Of a DNA stretch of 64,000 bases, positions 55,616 to 64,000 are shown one piece after another. Location of the stretch: the NCBI GenBank assembly GCA_951406725.2, contig OX597830.1:31682001-31746000 (forward strand). Direction: 5' to 3'. This stretch comes from Octopus vulgaris. Taxonomy: Eukaryota. The translations under genes were made by a program, and so were the position numbers. Within the stretch, counting starts at the first letter, position 1, and each line of letters opens with the position of its first letter. The notes under the pieces are model-generated. The model had not been told where the DNA came from. It was given only the letters and a program-made list of their open reading frames with translations, and did not search any database.

Positions 55616-56544
55616 TTAGGAAGGGCACCTGGTGTGTGGATCTCCAGCTATTGCGTATTTCCAGCTGGTATGGATCCCCAGCTGGTCTGGGAATCTCCAA
55701 CCAATATAGTTACAGAATTCCTTTAATTATTTTCTCTTTATTAGAAAGTCCCAAAGAAAGGTGAGAAGCCAGTTTGTGTAAAGAACTGTGAAGGAGAAAT
55801 TAAGTTGAATGAGTTAGGAAAACAAGTGTTTGGAAAGAGTTTGGAATACTTCAGAAAGAAATAAGAAAACAATAAAATGGAAGAGGGTTCCAAAGTCTGG
55901 TAGTTCAAAGAAAAAAAATGCTACGACCATAGAAAGGCTCTCTTATTTGAAGAAGCACAAAAGAATTTGGAAGAAAATACTATGCGTTTTGAGTCAGGCA
56001 AGATTGCACAAATTGATCTGGAGCTAAGAAAGAAAGTTCGTCATGTGTGCTGATTCCAACCGTGTCCACCCTGTCCAACACATGCGAATATTGATGATGT
56101 GTGAATGTGTGAGCATGTGTGTGTGTGTGTGTGTCTGTGTGCGTGTGTGTGTGTTTGTGTGCGTGGGTATGTCACTTTAGATTATGAGATTTTAGGCTCA
56201 CTCATAGTGTCCACAATATCTGTTGACCGATATTCTGCGAGGGAAATTTGGAAATTGTAAGGAGCTTATCACACACACACACACACACACTCACACATAC
56301 ATATTGATATATGCATATGTATATATTTATTTATTTATATATATATTTATTTAGATATATATGTATATCTACATACATATATACATATTTATATATATAT
56401 ATATATAAAATTTATTGTTTTCGGTTTTTGCTGTATATAACTTCCTTTTTCCCTTCTTTTTCTATATTTTGATATATTATCATTTATTTTCAGTTTTGGG
56501 TTTATATGCGATATTCACCATGTATACACACACACACAAACACG

Positions 56545-56592
<48 letters not shown>

Positions 56593-56609
56593 TATACACA
56601 CACATATAC

Positions 56610-56651
<42 letters not shown>

Positions 56652-57140
56652 ATATGTATTTATATCCATATATATTTGAAACAACATACAATTGTTACAT
56701 AATAACAAGTCCATCATAAACAGGAGCTATGGGTAGAAGGTGGTGGCCTCCTAAGGCCCTTCGAAAGCCAATATTTAGATCAAATACAGCAAGACCAACA
56801 CCAAGGATGCTTATTTATTCATTTATCCTTTCGTGTGATAACATCGATATAAGCACATCAATTTTCAAATCATTGGATAAATAACTTATTTTGTAGTGTT
56901 TTTATCAATTTATGTGTTTCTTTGATATTACCAAATATTCTATAATAACTATCTCAATTTGATGCCCCTTCTAAATTGTCCATGCTTATATATATATCTA
57001 AGCAATTCAAATATTGTTTCAGAAGTGTGCCGTTTGTTATTGTATGTGTGTGCATGTGTATGTGTGTGTATGCAGATATGTAAGTGTTAGAGTATGTGTG
57101 CTGTGTGTATGTATGTAAATATACATATACACACACACAT

Positions 57141-57174
<34 letters not shown>

Positions 57175-57339
57175 CTGTACATATATATACGCATATGTGT
57201 GTGTGTGTGTGTATAATATTTATATCTAAAAATTTATGTGTATATAACACGCACATGCATACACTCATACATATGTATATATATTGTGGATATATATACG
57301 TCAGTGTGTGTGTGGTATGTGTTTATATATATATATATG

Positions 57340-57417
<78 letters not shown>

Positions 57418-58249
57418 TCTGTATGTGTGTGCAGGCATGTTTATGTATAAGTTTGTGTGTGTGTATATATATATATACACACACACATATATACACATAC
57501 ATGCATGCTTCACAACCCTGCTATGCTTGGTTTGATCTTACTGCATTGCTAACCTAGGCTAATGAGTAGCTTTTGGTATCACTAGATGGAAACTGTAGGA
57601 GCTTGTTGGATGTGTGTATCAGTTTGTGTCACAATCATCATCATCATCGTCGTTTAACGTCCGTTCTCCATGCATATGTATATATATATATATGTATATG
57701 TTTGTGTTTTTTTTTTTAGTTCTCTGAGGCTATGTCTGTATTATAACTTTGCCAATTGAAATGAGTGTGTTATCTTTATAGCAAACACCTTACTTCTGCA
57801 ATGAATATCTTTCTTTTGTGCAAGGAGAAAGATCAACACCCTGTAGCAGAGCAGTTGTCGCAAAAGCAGACACTACTAAAAACTTTAACATTTGAGGATG
57901 TTTAAAACTTATTTAAACAGCCTTCAACTTTTGTATCCAAAGGGACTTTTAGTCCCAAAAGTTACACACTATTATTTATAGCTTTCCCTGCTTTGAGATC
58001 CACTGTTGCCAAGAAAAACAACAAAATATTTCACATTTATAAAAATTCTAACTCTTTCAACTTAATTTCTCCTTCATAGTCCTTTACACAAACTGGCTTC
58101 TCACCTTTCTTTGGGACTTTCTAATAAAGAGAAAATAATTAAAGGAATTCTGTAATTATATTGGTTGGAGATCTACAGACCAGCTGGGGATCCACACCAG
58201 CTGGAAATACACAACAGCTGGAGATCCACACACCAGGTGCCCTTCCTAA
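55616..58249. repeat. Pair of ~200-bp inverted repeats (55616-55817 and 58048-58249)
   Basis: Long runs of exact complementarity, e.g. TTACAGAATTCCTTTAATTATTTTCTCTTTATTAGAAAGTCCCAAAGAAAGGTGAGAAGCCAGTTTGTGTAAAG. Confidence 0.9.
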
Positions 58250-58509
58250 ATGCCATGATCTTCATATATATTTAGCCCAAAATCTTGCAATCTCATGTAG
58301 TTTTATGTATTCTCATCAAACCTGGAGACAAGTACCAACGTTTGCATGTGGCAGGCTTGAAAATTGTTAAGAGGTTCCTCTTTAAATGCAACCATTGGTA
58401 GCCTAGTTAACCCACAAATCAAGTCTATTTATCCATCAGTACAATGATGAGCACCAATTCTCACTGCTCACTATTAGTGTGTGTCCGTGCATCTATATAA
58501 AAGGGTAAA

Positions 58510-58810
58510 AATCCACTTCGGTAATGAATGATTAGGGGACTGCACCTATAAAGTTCCCCTTCAAGGCACAAGTCTGGACAAGGTTATTATGGAAGACCAG
58601 CAGTTGCCCATGCATATCATTCTTCCCTCTCCATGCCACCAATGTTATCCAAGGGAAAGGTAAAGGCTGATACAGCTTGGCATCAGTAGCATCGCAACTC
58701 ATATCTACAGCTGAGTGAACTGGAGTGATGTGACATAAAATGTCTTGGTCCAGGAATAGAACTCACTACCTCATAACTGTGAGCCCGATGCTCTAACCAC
58801 TGAGCCATGT
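58510..58810 (-). mobile_element. SINE family D
   Basis: Collinear with 6872-7208 with an internal deletion. Confidence 0.85.
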
Positions 58811-58854
58811 ACCATATATATAAATACACATGCACACACACACAAACACATATA

Positions 58855-58998
<144 letters not shown>

Positions 58999-59104
58999 TA
59001 TACATATATATATTGATTTTTTCAGATAAAAAATTCACAGCCAAGAGAAGGTAGGTCAACTTTTATATGAAGATGACTTCTGAGGACTAACAATGTAAAT
59101 ATAC

Positions 59105-59142
59105 CTGTCTGACAAACGGGAACGTGAAACTCTGAGTAACAG
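59105..59142 (+). ncRNA. Minimal hammerhead motif (G8A), family of 22900
   Basis: CTGT-CTGACAA-ACG-GGAA-CGT-GAAAC-TCTGA-GTA-ACAG; downstream ~110 bp matches the 22795-22900 tail. Confidence 0.7.
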
Positions 59143-60486
59143 TTTTTGAGATATTTTTACTGCTTTTTAATAAAGCATATTACTCTGCCTCTGGTATTCA
59201 AGTTTTGTTTTTTCCACCTCGTTTTACATTTATGTTCTTACTCTGGTGTAAATATATGTATACGTATAGATCCAAGTAAAAACCTTGTAGTATGCTATGC
59301 AAAGCCCTTCCACTGTTATTGGCCACCTGATGAATGTTTTTACACAGTATACTAAACCAACTTGTATGCTAAGGAATTACAATAAAATACAACAGGAAGG
59401 GTATTTGGCTATAAAACAACAAACTATTGAAAAGATAGCATGTATTCATCCGGCTCATGCTAGCATGGGTAAAACAGATGTAAAATGAACAAACAGACAG
59501 CACAATATATATATCGAGAGAGTATCTTTATTTACTAATAACATTTCTGTATTTGGTTATACATAGTCATTAGATAACATGATATCGTACCATTTATTCT
59601 TATTGTCATTATATTATATTGTATAGTATTATATCATATTATATTATATTATATTATATTATATTATATCATATTATATTATATTATATTATATTATATT
59701 ATATTACATTGTGTATTATATTATGTTATATTATGCCATATATTTTTATCTATTTATTTATTTTTTATTTTATTGAATTATTATTATTTTTCATAAAGGA
59801 TATATAATATAATGTAATTGTATAAACTATAATATCATTGTTTGATAAATAATACTATTGTTTATGGAATCGTATAATTGAATATGTGGCTTTATCTCAA
59901 AATGTAATGCCGATGTTTGATTGATCTTGCATATAATTGATTGAAGTGTCATTATAGAATTTAAAATGATACTTTCAATGATAATGGTATTTTGATAATT
60001 TTAAAAAGTATCGCAAAAATTATTAATATCATGATGTAATTGATAACATCAAGTTTTTCATTAAATTATTGTTATTACTTTTTTATTTTATTTTATTTTA
60101 TTTTATCTATTTAATTTTTTTTTTATTTTTGCTTTTCGGTTTTTATTTCGTTCACCATTCCACTCTTCCCACATATTCTTGCTTTGCTATTTATTGGATG
60201 GGATGGCAAAGATATATGGCATTGTATGTGTGTGTATATAGTATTATTTAATAACTGTTTGATTTGGCTCCATGCAACTTAAAGATTCATAGGCTTGTCA
60301 AAAGAATCTAACTCGTCAAACTCATAAAACTAATTCTGTCCCACGGACTTGAAGAGTTAGGGTCATTTGATGAGCCCACAAAACTTTAAGTTGCTTTGAA
60401 CGAAATCAATCTCTTTTGAAAAAAACATATGTAACTTCTACAAAAGGAGTTGAGCACCAGTTTCTTTAGATTGTTCATTCACCCGC

Positions 60487-60518
<32 letters not shown>

Positions 60519-60788
60519 GTGTGTGTATGTGTGTCAGAGTTCTGTTTTGTATGTATGTGTGTATGTATGTATGTTTGTGTGTGTGTATGTATGTATGCAT
60601 GTGAGTATGTATGTGTCTGTACGTATGCATGTGTGTATGTATGTTTGTGTGTGTATCTATGTATATGTGTATGTATGGCATATGTGTGCATGTATGTGTG
60701 TTTGTATGTGGGCATGCGTGTATGTATGAACATATATGTGTGTGTATGTATATATGTATGTGTATGTATGTGTGCATGTATGTATGTG

Positions 60789-61034
60789 TGGTAAACCACC
60801 ATCCATGAGGGAACGGCGACTTTCGAGTCGAAAAGGTCTGCAGAGCTGGAGGAGAAAAGACGACGATGGAAGGAGCACCAACAACAACAACCACGTGCAA
60901 CTCTCCCTTCTGGCACTAGATGTCCACACTGCGACCGATCTTTTCAAGCAAGAATTGGTCTTATCGGTCGCCTACGGACTCACCAGTAAATTTGCGTGAA
61001 GACCATCATCCTCGACCTTAAGGGATTGCCATCA
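60789..61034 (+). mobile_element. RTE LINE 3' end with C-terminal zinc-finger-like motif
   Basis: 60795-60989 reads TTIHEGTATFESKRSAELEEKRRRWKE...CPHCDRSFQARIGLIGRLRTHQ*, then a short 3' UTR; inserted in a TG/TA tract. Confidence 0.85.
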
Positions 61035-61379
61035 TGTGTGTATGTATGTATGTGTGTTTGTGTGTGCATGTATATATGAATGTGTGTGTGTATGGATATA
61101 TATGTGTGTGTATATATATGCGTGTGAGTGTGTGCGTATGTATGTGTCTATGTGTGTATGTATGTATGTATGTGCATTTATGTATGTATATATTGCATGT
61201 GTATGTGTGCTTGTGTGTGTATGCATGTATATATATATATATATGTGTGTGAATGTATGTATGTATATACATTTGTGTAAGTATGTATATGCGTATGTAT
61301 GCGTGTGTATATGTGTTTATGTATGTATGTATTTATGTGTATATGTATATATGTATGCATATTTAAATGTGTGTGTGTG

Positions 61380-62030
61380 TGTTTGGTTAGAAGTTTGCTT
61401 CCTGGGTTCTGTTCCACTGCATGGGCCCATGAGCAAGTGTATTCTTCTATAGCTTCAAGTTGATAAAAACCTTGTGCGTGGATTTGGTAGATGGAAACTA
61501 AAAGAAGCCTGGTATACACATACACACACACACACACGTACCTATCTATGTTTTTGGGCTTTTATATTTGTGTTTGTCACCAACACTGCCTAACGACCAA
61601 TGTTGGTTTATTTACATCCCTGTAACTTAGTGGTTCAGCAAAAAGAGACCAACAGAAGATGTAACAGGTTTAAAAAATAAGTACTAAACTTTTGAAGGTA
61701 GTGCCCCAGCATGGCCTCATTTCAATGAGTGAAACAAGTAAAAGATAAGAGACAAAATTCCTTTCGTGAGGAACATGCTGAAGTACCATTCTTTGGTGTC
61801 TTGATCAGGTATTCTTGTACTTGTTTCAGCCATTTGACAGTGGCCATGCTGGAGCACTGCCTTTAGTCAAACAAATCAACCCCAGTACTTACTCTCTGTA
61901 AGCTTAGCACTTATTCTATTGGTCACTTTTGCCAAACCGCTAAGTTACAGGGAATGTAAACACACCAATATCGGTTGTCAAGCGATGGTGGGGGTACAAA
62001 CACAGACACACAAACATATATATGTATATA

Positions 62031-62079
<49 letters not shown>

Positions 62080-62235
62080 GGCAGGTTTCTTTCAGTTTCC
62101 GCCTACCAAATCCACTCACAAGGCTTTGGTTGGCCTCAGGCTTCGTTGAAGACACTTGCCTAAGGTACCACATGGTGGGATTGAAGCCAGAACCCTGTGG
62201 TTGGGAAGTAAGCTTCTTACTACACAGCCATGCCT
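61380..62235. mobile_element. Two convergent family B SINEs (61380-61750 plus; 61815-62235 minus)
   Basis: Both match family B. Confidence 0.85.
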
Positions 62236-62764
62236 CAAGATTTGGGCCACATGAGACATGGATCATAATGAGATAGGCCACACCACTAAAAAATAATTCC
62301 AGGTAGTTTTTCATTGGGTGTACCATTCGGAAGTCCTTCAAACTAAAGTTAGCCCAAAACTGATTTATAGAGTGCCCCACAGCCCTTTTTTCACTTGCTC
62401 TTTCCAGAATATGGCAGCACACCTGAACTGAAAATATAATTAAAAGGTATAGAGAAAAAAATTATTTTCAGGTTATACTGCGGCACACCTAGCATCGGCT
62501 CGTGGCACACTGGAGTGCTGTGGCATACTGGTTGTGGATCTTCTTTGACAGAAGTACTCAAAGTGTAAGAAATTTCAGGTTTGTGACCCAAAATAGTAAG
62601 GTTCTTGGTAAAGACTTTAAAGACTTTTGGTCTTTAGAAAATGTACTGGTGACCTTAATGACAAGGGATACAGAGTGAGGGGAGGGAGGGGAAGGAGAAA
62701 AAGACAGTGAGAAAAAAAAGAAGGCAAGAAAGAAAGAAAGAGAGAAAGAAAGAAAGAAAGAAAA

Positions 62765-62803
<39 letters not shown>

Positions 62804-63314
62804 GAAGGAAGGAAGAAACTGGTTAATGGTCATGAATGTGGTTGTTTAGATTATGAAGGAGATATTTATTTAGAGGAAAATACACACACAAGCCTATACA
62901 AATACATATATTGTCTGATTCAAACACCAAATGCACACACAATTACATACACACACATATAAGTAGAGACACATTCACACACACATATATGTACACACGA
63001 ACACATACACACACATACACGCACATATTTAGAAGAATTTATAAAGTTCAAGCAATAGACTAGGAAAAATAAATAAAACAAATGCAAAAATTAGAACTAA
63101 AAAATAAAAAAATAAAATAAAAAGAGAATGTTGAGTAGAGAACTTTAATTAATTAAAACATGGTAATATGGTTTCTTTGTTTATTTACTACTATGAGGTT
63201 TGGATAAATGGCTATATTTCATACATACTTATTTATGTATATACCTACATTTTCTGTCTTACACACACACACACACACATGCGTAAATAAGTATGTATTT
63301 GAGAGTGCATGTAT

Positions 63315-63710
63315 ACTCTTTTACTTGTTTCACTCATTTGACTGCGGCCATGCTGGAGCACCGCCTTTAGTCGAGCAAATCGACCCTGGGACTTATTCTT
63401 TGTAAGCCCAGTACTTATTCTATCGGTCTCTTTTGCCGAACCGCTAAGTGACGGGGACGTAAACACACCAGCATCGGTTGTCAAGCAATGCTAGGGGGAC
63501 AAACACACACACATACACACACATATATATATATATATACATATATACGACAGGCTTCTTTCAGTTTCCGTCTACCAAATCCACTCACAAGGCATTGGTT
63601 GGCCCGGGGCTATAGCAGAATATACTTGCCCAAGATGCCACACAGTGGGACTGAACCCGGAACCATGTGGTTGGTTAGCAAGCTACTTACCACACAGCCA
63701 CTCCTGCGCC
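63315..63710 (-). mobile_element. SINE family B, young full copy
   Basis: CpG-rich reverse complement of 50734-51135. Confidence 0.9.
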
Positions 63711-63773
63711 TATATATATCATATACACTTATAGATCTGTATGTACATTATATATTATATGTTTATCTCATGC

Positions 63774-63827
<54 letters not shown>

Positions 63828-63879
63828 TATGTTTTTTATCTATCTATAATTTTTTTATCTATCTATCTATTTGCTGTGC

Positions 63880-64000
63880 TAACCTTGGATCATTGGGTGA
63901 CCTGCTTTGCTTGAGGAGACCTATTGAGTCAAGTACATCAACATCAAAATAAAAATCAAATGGAAATTGTAGTTGTGATACCCGTGCCGGTGGCACGTAA
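63880..64000 (+). mobile_element. Upstream part of a family E element running off the window
   Basis: Ends in GTGCCGGTGGCACGTAA, as at 35602 and 35669. Confidence 0.6.

Noticed and set aside
59320-59370. Hammerhead at CCAC-CTGATGA
   Set aside because: Lacks GAAA and convincing stems.
60795-60989. Host C2H2 zinc-finger gene exon
   Set aside because: A single terminal finger with RIGL..LRTH and a short tail is the RTE LINE C-terminus, with no splice context.
61940-62422. 160-aa minus-strand ORF after an acceptor-like tract
   Set aside because: Most of it runs through a family B SINE and microsatellite; the unique part has no recognisable motif.

Overview
AT-rich, gene-poor eukaryotic (animal) DNA. 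The repeat landscape suggests a coleoid cephalopod, probably Octopus (inference from pattern recognition, not a database hit). No intact protein-coding gene, rRNA, true tRNA gene or CRISPR array can be supported; almost all ORFs in the track are translations of (TA)n, (CA)n, (GAT)n, (TAA)n and (CTT)n microsatellites. The window is a mosaic of five recurrent SINE-like families (labelled A-E here), decayed LINE 3' fragments (RTE, CR1-like, Dong/R4), mariner relics and MITEs, a Helentron-type HINE and Penelope-like element (PLE) relics. The main hidden signal is about 15-20 minimal type-I hammerhead ribozyme (HHR) motifs (stem I-CUGANGA-stem II-GAAA-short, often palindromic stem III-NUH). They belong to many unrelated sequence families and many sit in small foldback elements (minus copy left, plus copy right) embedded in (TA)n tracts. 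One of these (45965-46410) carries a tRNA-derived Pol III head, suggesting a ribozyme-bearing SINE mobilised by PLE machinery. All alignments and folds were done by eye; boundaries are approximate unless stated.
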